From positions 1 through 40,998 of IMG/VR virus record IMGVR_UViG_3300037631_005960: a stretch of DNA of 40,998 nucleotides. One strand, written 5' to 3'. Numbering within the stretch: the stretch's first letter is position 1; every line of letters starts with the position of its first letter. The notes beneath the pieces are model-generated. The model was given only the letters and a program-made list of their open reading frames with translations, ran no database searches and was not told where the DNA came from. The position numbers and the translations under genes are program-made. This DNA is from a virus (taxonomy: Duplodnaviria; Caudoviricetes). Shown here piece by piece: positions 26,235 through 37,700 of this stretch.

Positions 26235-28448
26235 TTAATCTTCGAAGAGTTCTAAACCTTCATATAGGCTTTGTGCAAAAATGTTTGACATTGTACCATT
26301 ATTCTTAGACCAATCTTCATAAGAGGTCATAGTATAAGAAATGGTTGTATTTGGATCTGTCCAATCAATGATAGAGTCTGTAATCTCACCTTCTGTCTCT
26401 CTCTGATAGTAGAAGTTGTAGATATCTGTAATGTCTCTACCACCACCGGAAAGTAATGGCCAACCCCAAGTAGAGTTATAATCACTTAATGAATAGAAAG
26501 AGGAATCTGATGAAAGAGCATCAGTAAGAATTTGCAATCCATTCTCTGTAATAATGTCACAGTTAGGAAGTTGCTCTTGCTCAATCTCAGTACCCTCATC
26601 TAACTCAACAGCCTCAGCAGAAAGAAGACTACCTGAAGTTGTAACATAAATAAAGCCTGTTGTAGTTTGAACTGCTGGTGTAATAGCAGCGTTAAGAGGA
26701 AGGTTAGTATTTAGTGTGATATAATTACCACTATACTTTTCATGAGCTACAATATTTTCACCGACAATAATCTTACTACCAGAAGTAAGAGCATCACCTA
26801 AGTTTTCACCATAGAAGTTATTTAAACGATAGCCGTATGTTTGATAGTGTGTATTATCTCTATTTCTTCGTCCAAACAGCTTAGACTTGGAGATACTAAG
26901 GAGATCCATAACTCTCATAAGCTTGGGTGGAAGAGAGTATTTGTTGAGTTCTGGTAGATCAAGCAATTGAAGAATACCATCAAGTTGCTCAATATTCGAC
27001 TCATCAATTGTAGAGTTATTCTCAAAGAAGTTTTGAATCTTCTCATATGTACTCTTACCAATAGAATCTTGTGTAGCTGAAAGATCGCCAAATATAGAAC
27101 CAATAAAGTCGCTCATTAGAATCTTCGCATCATCAAATAGAGGCTGGATTGCAATCTCCTTAAAAGCATCCTTCATGTCAATTTGCTCATTCTGCTTTGA
27201 TACAGTATAGAAAGAAGAAGGGTAAATAGTAAATGTATTACTAACTCCTGTATGTGATGGATCTGAAGAGTCTGTAATCTCTGAGTAAGCACTCAAGTAT
27301 ACATTCTCTAATGTTGTTTGATTATCTGTAGTAAAGTAACCTTTATAGAAACCTCCACTATCAAGAGTTGAAAGATCTTGGAAGTTAGAAGAGAATACAG
27401 CATCATATACATTTGTACCATCTGTAAGATATAAATCTAGAGAAGCATCAGCTGTGCTAAGCAATGGCATGTTCTTTTGTGAATAGTTAGATTCATCCTT
27501 CACCTTAACAACAAAAGCAATTTTAGAGCCTGCAAACTTCGTCTTACCAATATCGAAAATCGTATTACCATCAATACCGTTAGAAGTAATGGTTAAGTCA
27601 CTATAGGTATTGTTTTCATTAATTGATGCTTTAGCACCGTAAGTTGTAGTATTTGTCTCATCAAATATACTACCCTGCTCGAAGCCAAAAAATAGGTTAT
27701 AGTTACCAACCATATCGCTTCTGAAGTAGACTTCTTCTGTACCGGTTAATCCAGCAAAGAAAGCATCAGTATCATTTTTATCTGTATAAACGATCTCATT
27801 GTTCTCATCCAACTTAACATAAATCTCAGTATTGAGAGTTGTTACAACGTTTGTATCTAGAGCCTCAACAATATTGTTAGTTGTTAATATTTGTACAAAA
27901 GAAGATGAAGGTTTGAGATGACCATATGTTTCATCAGCATAACCACGACTAAAGAAATCTGTATCTGTAGCACCAGAAGTGTAGGCTACAATAGTAGGAG
28001 TACCAACTCTAAAAGAATTGTATCTCTCAATAGTGATAGGATTAGTAATTTCACCTGTATTGTGCACAATATCAGTAGGAGAATCAATTACAAGCTTATC
28101 CTCAATAAAGTCTTTAATCTCAACTTTGGAATGGAAAGTGTCATAATATCCTGTACCATCCTCATTATAAAGATAACAAGAAACCTTATATCTACCAGGC
28201 TTATCATAAGCGTGTTGAGCAGTTACTGTCTCAACTGTAGAACTACCATCACCGAAGTCCCATACTACGCGCTTATTAGAAACGAAATCATCAATACCAT
28301 CCTCCAAGTTAGGAGCAAAGGTTAAAGGAGTGAAAGGTAGTGCATAAGACTCATAGGTTTCCGCACCAGTGTAATCCCTGACATAGAAGAAATTATACAA
28401 GAGATCAAACTCACCGGATTGATCAAGTTGTAGAGAGCTTAGCGACAT
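26235..28448 (-). CDS. PKD-domain baseplate protein (possibly gp7/P2 gpI-like)
   Basis: 'VWDFGDGS...HAYDKPGRYKVS' PKD; 'IQNFFENNSTIDESNIEQLDGIL'; directly downstream of gp6. Confidence 0.7.
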   Translation of the reverse strand: MSLSSLQLDQSGEFDLLYNFFYVRDYTGAETYESYALPFTPLTFAPNLEDGIDDFVSNKRVVWDFGDGSSTVETVTAQHAYDKPGRYKVSCYLYNEDGTGYYDTFHSKVEIKDFIEDKLVIDSPTDIVHNTGEITNPITIERYNSFRVGTPTIVAYTSGATDTDFFSRGYADETYGHLKPSSSFVQILTTNNIVEALDTNVVTTLNTEIYVKLDENNEIVYTDKNDTDAFFAGLTGTEEVYFRSDMVGNYNLFFGFEQGSIFDETNTTTYGAKASINENNTYSDLTITSNGIDGNTIFDIGKTKFAGSKIAFVVKVKDESNYSQKNMPLLSTADASLDLYLTDGTNVYDAVFSSNFQDLSTLDSGGFYKGYFTTDNQTTLENVYLSAYSEITDSSDPSHTGVSNTFTIYPSSFYTVSKQNEQIDMKDAFKEIAIQPLFDDAKILMSDFIGSIFGDLSATQDSIGKSTYEKIQNFFENNSTIDESNIEQLDGILQLLDLPELNKYSLPPKLMRVMDLLSISKSKLFGRRNRDNTHYQTYGYRLNNFYGENLGDALTSGSKIIVGENIVAHEKYSGNYITLNTNLPLNAAITPAVQTTTGFIYVTTSGSLLSAEAVELDEGTEIEQEQLPNCDIITENGLQILTDALSSDSSFYSLSDYNSTWGWPLLSGGGRDITDIYNFYYQRETEGEITDSIIDWTDPNTTISYTMTSYEDWSKNNGTMSNIFAQSLYEGLELFED

Positions 28449-28453
28449 ACACT

Positions 28454-28481
28454 TATTTAATCGCCGAGCAAGTGTTTACAA
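28454..28481 (-). promoter_or_regulatory. Late-type promoter TTGTAA-N16-TAAATA-N5-ATG
   Basis: -35 overlaps last codon and stop of gp6. Confidence 0.78.
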
Positions 28482-30317
28482 GCGACGAAGTTCAATCTTA
28501 TTAGCTATATCCTTTGGATTGTAGAAATAAGCGAACTGGAAGTCTTCAAGCTGATAGTTGAGAGACTGAATAACACGATCTTCGTCTTTATAGTCAGGAT
28601 TCCATACAGCAAAGCTAAGGTTAGCAACTTCAGCATCACCGTTAACAGTGTGAAGAGCTGTAACACCTGGAATATTAAGAACATCATTAGTAAGAGCAGC
28701 TACATCAATAACATCACCCAACTGTACATTGTTAAAGTAGTTGTTAAATGTATTAAAGACAGCTGTCTTAACAGCACCATCATTGATAGCTTGGTTTCTA
28801 TCTAATGTAATACGAAGCTTAGAGTTATTAACAATATCATCGATTGTATCATTTGTAGCAAATGAACTTCCAAGGCTTGTAGCACCGAATGCAAATGCTT
28901 TGAAGATTGGATCAGCAACAACTACGTTCTGAGTAATGTCTTTCTTATTATCACAGAAGTCTGAGATAAGCTGCTTTTGAGCTGCATTAAGGAAGTTTGG
29001 AATTGTACCATCTAATGTTGGATTACCGTTTGGTACTGTATAAACATAAACGTTGTTAAAGCTAGTTGAAGTAGAGAAGAGAACTTGTGAGTAAAGAACA
29101 CGAGCATCATCATTACCATTAGCGAGACCTAAATCATTATAGTAAGCAAGTACTTTTGATGTATAATCTTCGTTAGAAAGAACCTTAACATCGCGAGTAA
29201 TGTTATTGAAGTTTCTATTAATCTGATATCTGTAATCATCCTTTGTAACAAGACGGTTCTGAGAAGCAAATACTTTAGGAGCATTTGTTCTAATATCTTC
29301 TACTGTCTCTGCCTTCTTTGTTGGTGAAGAAGCTGTTGGATTATTAACTGTAAGGTTAGCAAGTTGAGCAGCTGTTATGATTGTCTGATCACTATCAAAG
29401 AGAATGTCTTTAACTTCGCCGAAGTTTTTAGAGTTATAAAGGGTGAATGAAGAACCAACAAAAGCACCTGGACCAATATCACCAGCATCATTATCAGATA
29501 CAACGTAATATATTAATACAGTATCATTACCATTAAGCTGCTTACCATTAAGGTTGTTACCGAACTTAAACTCGTAGTTACCTGAAGCATTAAGACGCTT
29601 TTCGAACTTCTTAGCATCAGCACTCTCAAGGAATAGAGAAGCTGTCTCAGTATACTCATCCCAAACACTAGTAACATTATTCTGTACAAATACACTAAAG
29701 GTATTATCACTAATAAACTTTGTATTGTTAAGGTTCTTTGCACTTTGAGTAAACTGCTTTGAAGTAAAGCTATCAACAAGAATGATATTCTCATATGGCT
29801 CACCAGTAGCATTGAAAGTAGCTTCTGTAAGAGTACCTTGGTAGAGAGTAGTATTAGAAGGAGTAACCTCTTCAATAATATTATCTGCAACCTTTTCAAA
29901 TGTGATATCTTTAGTGGCTACAAAAGTGTTACCATCAGCAGCAATAGTAGAGTAGCGAGGAATTGTATAAACGTTAGATGCTAGGTTAGTAGCAGAAAGA
30001 GAAATATTAGCGAGTGAAGTTTGATCACCAAGAGGCTTATAACCAATGTTAGATACAAGCTTATTCATGTTCTCGTAAATTGTAGCTGTATCAAATGTAG
30101 ACTCGTTAGAGGTAGTATTGAGCTGGAAGAGAAGAACGTGATACATATAAGCTACAACATCAATGAAAGCACTGAAGTTAGAACCTTCGAAGTTCTGATC
30201 AGTAAACGTTTCATTTTCATTCAAACGCTCAATAATGAGATTCTTAAGAGAATCTGCATCGAACGTAAGGTATGCGTTCTTAGGAAGTTTGTAGTCTGTG
30301 AAATCTTCTAAGCTCAT
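28476..30317 (-). CDS. T4 gp6-like baseplate wedge subunit
   Basis: 'FTDQNFEGSNFSAFIDVVAY...NESTFDTA...IGYKP', 'YEFKFGN...GKQL', 'ETVEDIRTNAP..FASQNRLVTKDDY'. Confidence 0.93.
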   Translation of the reverse strand: MSLEDFTDYKLPKNAYLTFDADSLKNLIIERLNENETFTDQNFEGSNFSAFIDVVAYMYHVLLFQLNTTSNESTFDTATIYENMNKLVSNIGYKPLGDQTSLANISLSATNLASNVYTIPRYSTIAADGNTFVATKDITFEKVADNIIEEVTPSNTTLYQGTLTEATFNATGEPYENIILVDSFTSKQFTQSAKNLNNTKFISDNTFSVFVQNNVTSVWDEYTETASLFLESADAKKFEKRLNASGNYEFKFGNNLNGKQLNGNDTVLIYYVVSDNDAGDIGPGAFVGSSFTLYNSKNFGEVKDILFDSDQTIITAAQLANLTVNNPTASSPTKKAETVEDIRTNAPKVFASQNRLVTKDDYRYQINRNFNNITRDVKVLSNEDYTSKVLAYYNDLGLANGNDDARVLYSQVLFSTSTSFNNVYVYTVPNGNPTLDGTIPNFLNAAQKQLISDFCDNKKDITQNVVVADPIFKAFAFGATSLGSSFATNDTIDDIVNNSKLRITLDRNQAINDGAVKTAVFNTFNNYFNNVQLGDVIDVAALTNDVLNIPGVTALHTVNGDAEVANLSFAVWNPDYKDEDRVIQSLNYQLEDFQFAYFYNPKDIANKIELRRL

Positions 30318-30323
30318 TATAGA

Positions 30324-30351
30324 TATTTAATCTATAAGCCTTAGTTATCAA
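30324..30351 (-). promoter_or_regulatory. Late-type promoter TTGATA-N16-TAAATA-N6-ATG
   Basis: -35 overlaps gp25 stop. Confidence 0.75.
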
Positions 30352-30833
30352 ACCAAAACGTAGCCATCTTTATTCAAAGAAGCATTTAGAGATAGATCAT
30401 AGATATCAAGTTTAGGTATACTAAATGTTATCTCAATATTGTATTGATTTTGATCTTGTAGACTCTCAATAGTTACACCTTCTAATGTAATGCGAGGCTC
30501 TTGTACTCCTAAGTTGCTATAGATAAACTGAGCCAAGAAGAATGATGTAGTAGTATTAATCGGCTCAAATAGATAGCTTCTAAAGTCGAGACCAAGTGTA
30601 GGGTTGAGAAGCTTCTGACCTGGTGTAGTTGTGAGTATATTCTTTACACTATTAATAACAGCTTGACCATCTTGCAATTCATCAAGATCTTTAAGAGTCT
30701 GTTCAGCATAGAGAGCAGATTTACCAAATCGTGTCATTCCGAGATCGAACTTAACATCTTTATACAAGTAACCACTCTCGAGGGACTTCTCCTCAATAGA
30801 GGTCAATTTAAGGTTATCTAATCTTACTGCCAT
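30348..30833 (-). CDS. T4 gp25-like baseplate wedge / sheath initiator
   Basis: 'YKD...AVINSVKNILTTTPGQKLLNPTLG....YLFEP...EPRI'. Confidence 0.92.
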   Translation of the reverse strand: MAVRLDNLKLTSIEEKSLESGYLYKDVKFDLGMTRFGKSALYAEQTLKDLDELQDGQAVINSVKNILTTTPGQKLLNPTLGLDFRSYLFEPINTTTSFFLAQFIYSNLGVQEPRITLEGVTIESLQDQNQYNIEITFSIPKLDIYDLSLNASLNKDGYVLV

Positions 30834-30845
30834 TTTTAGTATAAA

Positions 30846-30867
30846 TATTTAGTCTTGAGACTAAATA
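30846..30867. promoter_or_regulatory. Palindromic back-to-back TAAATA promoters
   Basis: TATTTAGTCT-TG-AGACTAAATA perfect inverted repeat between divergent genes. Confidence 0.75.
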
Positions 30868-30872
30868 ATAGT

Positions 30873-31391
30873 ATGGCTAAAAACAATAAATTTCTCTCCC
30901 TTCTTGAGAAGTATCAATCACGTTTTGAACAAAAGGGTTTCCTAGTTGGTGACGTAATCAAGTTCGATGATAACTTCAAGTCTCACGAATCTTACAAAGA
31001 TCTTCCAGATAATGTAAAGGAAGTTCTCGACTCTTATATCGACTCTGGTCTTCACATTCGTGTTACTTCTGTTGACGGTTCTGGTGAGATGGTTGTTGCA
31101 CAAGATCATGGTGGTGGTCGTTTTGTAGGTAAAGTAACTATTCCTTGCTGCCTTGGTGCACCTGTTGATTTCGGTGACAATCTTGCTCCTATTCCAGAAG
31201 TACAGCGTCACGAGACTAAAGTAGACATTAAGCCAGTTGAAGTTCCTGAACTTCCTGAGAACCCTACCGATGCTCCTACTCAAGTACCTCATGAAGGTGG
31301 TAATACTACACACCCTATTGACGAAGAAGATGAAGAGGTTGTAGAAGAGTCTGCTAAAGAGGATACTTCTTACACTCAACAGTATCTTTAA
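30873..31391 (+). CDS. Hypothetical protein with acidic C-terminus (start ATG 30873)
   Basis: ATG 5 nt after TAAATA; 'GFLVGDVIKF' segment. Confidence 0.75.
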   Translation: MAKNNKFLSLLEKYQSRFEQKGFLVGDVIKFDDNFKSHESYKDLPDNVKEVLDSYIDSGLHIRVTSVDGSGEMVVAQDHGGGRFVGKVTIPCCLGAPVDFGDNLAPIPEVQRHETKVDIKPVEVPELPENPTDAPTQVPHEGGNTTHPIDEEDEEVVEESAKEDTSYTQQYL

Positions 31392-31702
31392 TGCCTAAAG
31401 AAGATAAATGGTGCCCTGAATGTGGATGCTTCAGTAGTGCCAATCGATTTAAAGCCTTTAGATGTGGTCACTGTGTAAAAGAGCTCGGTGATCCTCTAAA
31501 GGATTTGCCTAAGTTTCTTATTGAATATTACAAAAATAAGAAAGAGGTAGAGAAGGCTAAATCACCCAAGAAAGTAGTTAAAAGAGCTACAAAGAAGACT
31601 ACAAAAAAAGCTGCTAAACGAAAACCTGAAAAGAAGGTTGTTCTTATAGAGGATAGAAAAAAGCCTCGTAAGAAAGCAGTTAAAAAAGCCAAAAAGAAAT
31701 AA
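31391..31702 (+). CDS. Zn-ribbon protein with Lys/Ala-rich (histone H1-like) tail
   Basis: CPEC...CGHC; KKA-rich C-terminal half; TAATG coupling. Confidence 0.7.
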   Translation: MPKEDKWCPECGCFSSANRFKAFRCGHCVKELGDPLKDLPKFLIEYYKNKKEVEKAKSPKKVVKRATKKTTKKAAKRKPEKKVVLIEDRKKPRKKAVKKAKKK

Positions 31703-31706
31703 CAGA

Positions 31707-31736
31707 AAAGCCGCTCCGAAGAGCGGCTTTCCTTTT
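31707..31736. terminator. Bidirectional intrinsic terminator with C(UUCG)G loop
   Basis: AAAGCCGCTC-CGAA-GAGCGGCTTT; minus-strand loop TTCG; T-runs on both strands; convergent genes. Confidence 0.88.
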
Positions 31737-31755
31737 GTTAAGGGTTAAAGGTCTC

Positions 31756-34700
31756 TTATGTAAGACCTAGGATATTTACAGTTTCAATATCATTAGATGA
31801 CATACTGTTAAATTGTAGCTTAGTATAGTTTTGGTCTGCTGGTTGAACTTGACTTCTTATACCATTAGAATAAGAGTCAGAAGTACCATCACCCATTAAC
31901 CAAATTTGAGTAGCTTTATTTTCATTACCACCATTAGCTGTAAAAATATACTGAGCATATTGTTGATGAGGGAATCTGTATGATGTACCTATCTTATAAT
32001 CATCTCTCCATTTGATAGGGTCTGTAAGCATAAGTTTAATCTCAGCATCAGTAGGCATATCAGCATTACCAAGAAGAGTAGTGACAACCATACTAGCCAC
32101 TTTTCCGTGAAAGTTTCTGTTAGAACCTCTACCACCAATAGTTAAGTGACCACCAAAAGACCTATCCATTCTAACACCTGTAGAGGTCCAATTAGTTAAG
32201 GAAATGTTAGAAGTTACAGAACCAAAGCTTGAGCCACTATACATAACTCTAATATCAAAAGCATCAGCTAAGTTAGCAGCTGTAGCATTACTAGAATTAT
32301 ATCGAGCTCCCTTGTGTGCTATATAAACACCATACCAATAAGGCTGACTAACCACAGTTACAAGGCATTCATTATATCCAACTCCTTCACGACCCCATCC
32401 AAAGTATAGATAACCATTAGAAGCCAATCTTAAATAGATATTATCATCATTAGTACCTGCGCCTTCTCCATAGTTCCAAATGTGTTGATTACTATTATGT
32501 ATATCAGCTTTAAATACAATTGCTGTAGCCCAAGGTCTTGAATAAGTATTGTTAGAAGTTTTACCTGAGAATGAATTGTGAGCAGGTACTGTTGTACCAG
32601 TAAAGCCCATACTAAGAGGATTAGCTGTTGAAGAGTTAGAAACTTGCTTAACATGTTCAGCACCTCCAGAGAAGTCAACAGCCTTATCCCAATCAGTAAG
32701 AATACTAGCTGCAACAGGAACAGATATTTCAGACAAACCAGTCCAGTCAACATCTGAGTAATCAAAACCAGTATCATTATCAGGCATTGCAGTCCAGAAG
32801 AAATATGGATCGAGTGTTGTAATGCCATAACCTTGCTCACCTGTCTGAACCTTGGAGTTAGCATCCCAGTTACCGTAAGTATCTGTAGTTACATCATAAG
32901 AAGATGAAGCAGTATGTCCAACTCTTATGTTATTACCAGAGCCGGTTATTTCAATAAATGCTTGAGCATTAGTAAGAGATAATGTATAGGCCTGGCTTGT
33001 AGTACCACCATTGGCATAACCAATCATATAAATACCGGGTTCGGTAGCACTATCTCTCTTCCAGAATCTAATACCAGCAAAACCAAAATAAGAACCAAGT
33101 GGGGTCATTGTATTAGTCCAGTTATCTGCTTTAAATCCAACAAATGCCAGACTATTATCAGGCATTGCAGCATGTAAGTCAGTAATAAATGCAGAGTCAA
33201 GCACAAGACGTTGACCAGCAGCAATTGTATCATCAATAGACAACCAACCTTTTGCACCAGATAGTATTTCTGTACCAGAGAAGTTAGCAGATGGACCTTG
33301 TGGAGTAACACCTGTAACAGCTACTGTATAAGTTGAACCAGCAACTACCGGAGTAGCATAATAAGCAACACCATTTGAAGTCCACTTGAACTTAACTGGA
33401 GGAACATCACTTGGAATAACAAACTGAAGATATGAACCAAACTCACCAGGAGTACCAACAACAGTAACACCAGTAGTATAATCACTATTATCACTAATAA
33501 GGCAAATACCTAAAGCATCAGTAGATTCAATAGATGAATCAGTCAACCAGAACTTATAAGTCTGACCAGCATTCAAAGTAATATCACCAGCAGCTGATAA
33601 GCTAAACAATGGCAAGCTACTTGTATCTTCAGTAACATTAAACTCATTAGCAGGTAGAGGAGCATCAATAATGGACAATCCTGTTTCTGTAAGAATCATA
33701 CCAGCTTCAGCACCTTTAGTAGCAGCTACTAATGGCTGAGCACTAAGACCAATAATTAAGTCAGCATTATTCCAAATAGCTGGATTAGTAGCAAATGTAC
33801 CACCTACAACTGGCTCAGTAGTTAATGAAGCAGTAGAATCAGTACCACGGAAGACTGCAATATTACCATCACGCATATATTCAATACCCATGTGGAAGTT
33901 AGCATCCGTATCACTTGCATGATTAACTGTATTCTCAGTTGGTGCTAGGCCAGCATATCTGAATGTCATTCCTGTTGTATTAACTGTATTATTCTCATAC
34001 CTATGAACAGCAAAGAAGTCATCATTAAGACCAACACTACTCCAGTTAGCACTAAACTTTGGAATACCAATGAATGCTTTATTATCTTCACCACTTGCAC
34101 CATCAAGAGAAGGTAGGATGTTTGTATTAGCATAAGTCTTAGGAATGATCAAACGCTGACCAGGGCTAAGAGTAAGGTTATCAAACTGTGCTGCAGAATC
34201 ACCAGCAAGCTCAGTTGTTGTATCCATATTACCCTGCAACAAAGTAAAGCCTGATGGAGCACTTGCAGCATTAGCAGTATGTGTAAATGATGGGATAGGT
34301 ATTGTTTGACCGTCAAGGAATGCTGGTGTAGCAAATGTAATTGTTGGATCAGTATGAGTAGAAGAACTACTTCTGAACAATACACCATTGAGTGAAAGCT
34401 CAATTGTACCAGCATTATTAAACAATGACCATACATCGCTTGTATTATAAACTGGACGTGTTGGAATGGCTTGTGGGTTAGTATTATCATCCCAACCAAC
34501 TGGAACTAAACCAACCATACTATAAGCATTACCAAAGTTCTGACCTTGCGCATTACTTGGAACACCAGTAAATGGAGCAAGTAGATCCCAACGTGAACCA
34601 GGAGCTGAATCCTTATCAAGAATGTCTGTAGTCTTATCAACACCAGAACTAACAATACCGATACCAATATACTCTTCTTGGTGATACCATTCAAGCTTAT

Positions 34701-37700
34701 CACCATCTTCAAGAGCATACTGAAGATCCATTACGAACTGACCAGAGAGGGAACTATTACCAGTAAATACATTACCAGCAGAGTTAGTAACACTTCCTGC
34801 AACAGCAGAACCTGTATGAACTGTATCACCTGTAAGGGAGAGAGCAGCATCTAAGTTATTAACTACAATTGTAAGAACTCCTGTAGATGAACCATAATCA
34901 TTTGTTCTTACAACATCAACTGTATAAGTCACAGATGGATAGTTCGTATTATCACCTTCAACCTCAGGAGCTGTACCTGTAATGTTGCCATTTGTCTGGG
35001 ATTGTGTAATCCAAGATGGAGCATTAGCAATAGTTGTAGTAAACTGTGCACCTTGAGGATGTACTTGTGTATTAAGAGTTGTTAGCTCATCCAATGTAAT
35101 TGTATTAGCACTGAATGGAGTAGGAGCAGCTGTACTATCTGCATCTTGAGGAATCTCATTCCAAACAACGCTTGTAAAGGCACCCACTATACCATTAGAT
35201 GGAGCTGATGAAGCATTATTAGTAAATCCAGATACTGGACCATTCCAAGTTGTATTAGTTGGATCATCAGGGAAGGTATAACCAACGCTAGTACCTGTAC
35301 CACCTGCTGAAAGGTCAAATGTATTAGCCTCTGTATCAGTAGTGAACAATGGGTAAGTAAATACACCATCTGGAGATTCGATGTAGTAGAAGGTAAGTAG
35401 TTCTTCTTCAGGACCAGCACTTGCTACACCAACTGTAGTTGTAAGGAAGTCTTCATACTGAACAAGATCCATAGAGAATGCTGAGTTCAATGTATCAACC
35501 ATTGAGTTAATTGTATTACCTGCAGAAAGGCCGTTAACATAAACATTACCAAGAGTTAGATCACGGAGCTGAATCTTATCAGAATCTTTCTGAACAATCT
35601 CAGCTTTATTACCTGTTACATGAGCTGCAAGCTCGTTAATATGATAAACATTAATGACATTACCACTTACATATTCTCTCAACTTAACAGATTGGTTAAG
35701 AGTATCAACTTCAACATTAACAGATGGAACACTTGTAACGTGGTTACTGAATGGAAGCTCGGAATAGTTACCAACCAAAGGTGGCTTGACGGCAGCGATT
35801 GTAATAGTCTGATAAGAGTTATCACCAAGAGCGAGTCTCAAGTTTGTAACATCACATTGACTCAAGTCAATAGCATAATCTTGACCAATAAAGCCAACAT
35901 CATCAACCTTAATAATGTTCTTATCATCATCTGCAAGACCACCTACTGCAGCTGTAATGCATATACCAATCCTTTCTGTATTAGAACCAAGACCAGTATA
36001 ATGAACTTGTGTATCAAGAATCTCAGCAATGAAGCGAGCAGCTGCGTTCAATGAAATAGTATTACCAAGTAGACTTGCAGATTCATCTAAAACAATAGAA
36101 GCGTTAGCACCTGTAAGACCTCTACCACTATATGCAGAGCGGTTATTATCATACAAACCACAATCACGAAGAGTAGCGTTACCAGATCCTGCAGAATAGA
36201 AGCCTGCATTCCAGTTACCATTAACTTCATTCTGTGAGAACTTATTATTAAGACCACCAACTACTTGAAGACCATTACCAGCATTGTAAGCAACAACGTT
36301 CATGCTTGTTGTAATGTTCTGTGAACCGGAATGAGTAGAACCAGCTGTAAGATTAACACCTGCATCAATGTTCTGTGTAATCTGGTTACGAGTAATAACA
36401 CCAGCACCACCAACACCACAATCAACAAGAGTAATACCTCTGAAGTTCTTTGTTACTGTGTTACCTGTTATAACTGCTTGGGTAACTTCTGTAAGACTAA
36501 CAGCACCACCATCAGAAGCATTAGCCCCTGCATAGAACGCTTGGAGATCTGTATCAGTAGAATCATAACCAAGCAATGCAGTAGTGGTAGACGGTAGGAC
36601 AGTGTTAAGAGCAGTGCCGTTCCAACCATTAGTTGTAAACTCACAATCGTCAATCTCAACCTTAGCTGCTTTAGTAATGTCAAGAGCATAGTCACCAGCA
36701 TTCTTGAATGTAATGTTTACAAACTTAAACTCTTTAGTATTGTCTGTACCTGTAAACTTAATCAAGTTAGCATTTGCAGCATCATAAGATGTATAAGAAA
36801 TAACAGCATCATCAGCACCATAGAAGAACAATGACAAAGTTGAAGGAATTTCAATCTCGCCAGAGATTTCAAATGTACCTTCTAGATAGATCTGATCACC
36901 ATCATTAGCAGAAGCAACTGCTGTCTCAATGCTATCATATGGGTAGAGTACTGAGCCATCTTTAACACTACCAGAATAACCAGCCTTGACGTAAATGTCG
37001 TATACACGAAGAGCAGAGTTCTTAATGTCTGATTGTGTAGCACTTGACTCAGCAACGTGATCATAATCAGTACCGTTATATACAAGAATGTCACCTGTAT
37101 TATAACCACTCAAAGCATTAGGAGTGGTAACACGATAGAAGTCACCAAGTACATCAGTACCAGTTGGAAGTGCAGGTGTACCAGTACCAGTAGCATCATA
37201 AGAGCCTTTGTAGATAGAACCATTCAATAGCTGATCAACATCCTCTTTAAGAGCAATTTGCTTATCAGTAAAGAGACGAGCAAGCACTTGTGTCTGATAA
37301 CGAGTTGGTGTAGCATCACCTTCGTTAACGTTGAAGATACCATCAATAACTTCTTGGTTATTCTGAATGGAGATCTTATAAATTGTAGCACGAAGAGTTG
37401 TACCAGCCTCAATGTCAAGTGGCTGATCGAAGTACCATGTAATAGGATCGTTAACTGCCAAAGCACCTGGCTGGAGATACTGAACATACACAGAAATGCC
37501 ATTAACAACAATCTCATACTTCAACTGCTGATTAGCAGCAAGAGGCTCACCTGCTCTTGTAGTAATACCTTGACCACTAATATTGAAAGGGAAGAAGTTA
37601 TCACCATCATAAGGAATGGCTGTATCATCAACAGGGTTACCACCAAGTGGAACTGGGTTAAAGTCTTGGAATACTCGAGTCTTTGGAAGAGTAACACCTG

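Noticed and set aside
17622-28475. TTGC within three late-promoter spacers as a sigma54 -12 box
   Set aside because: Position varies between sites and it is absent from the other late promoters.
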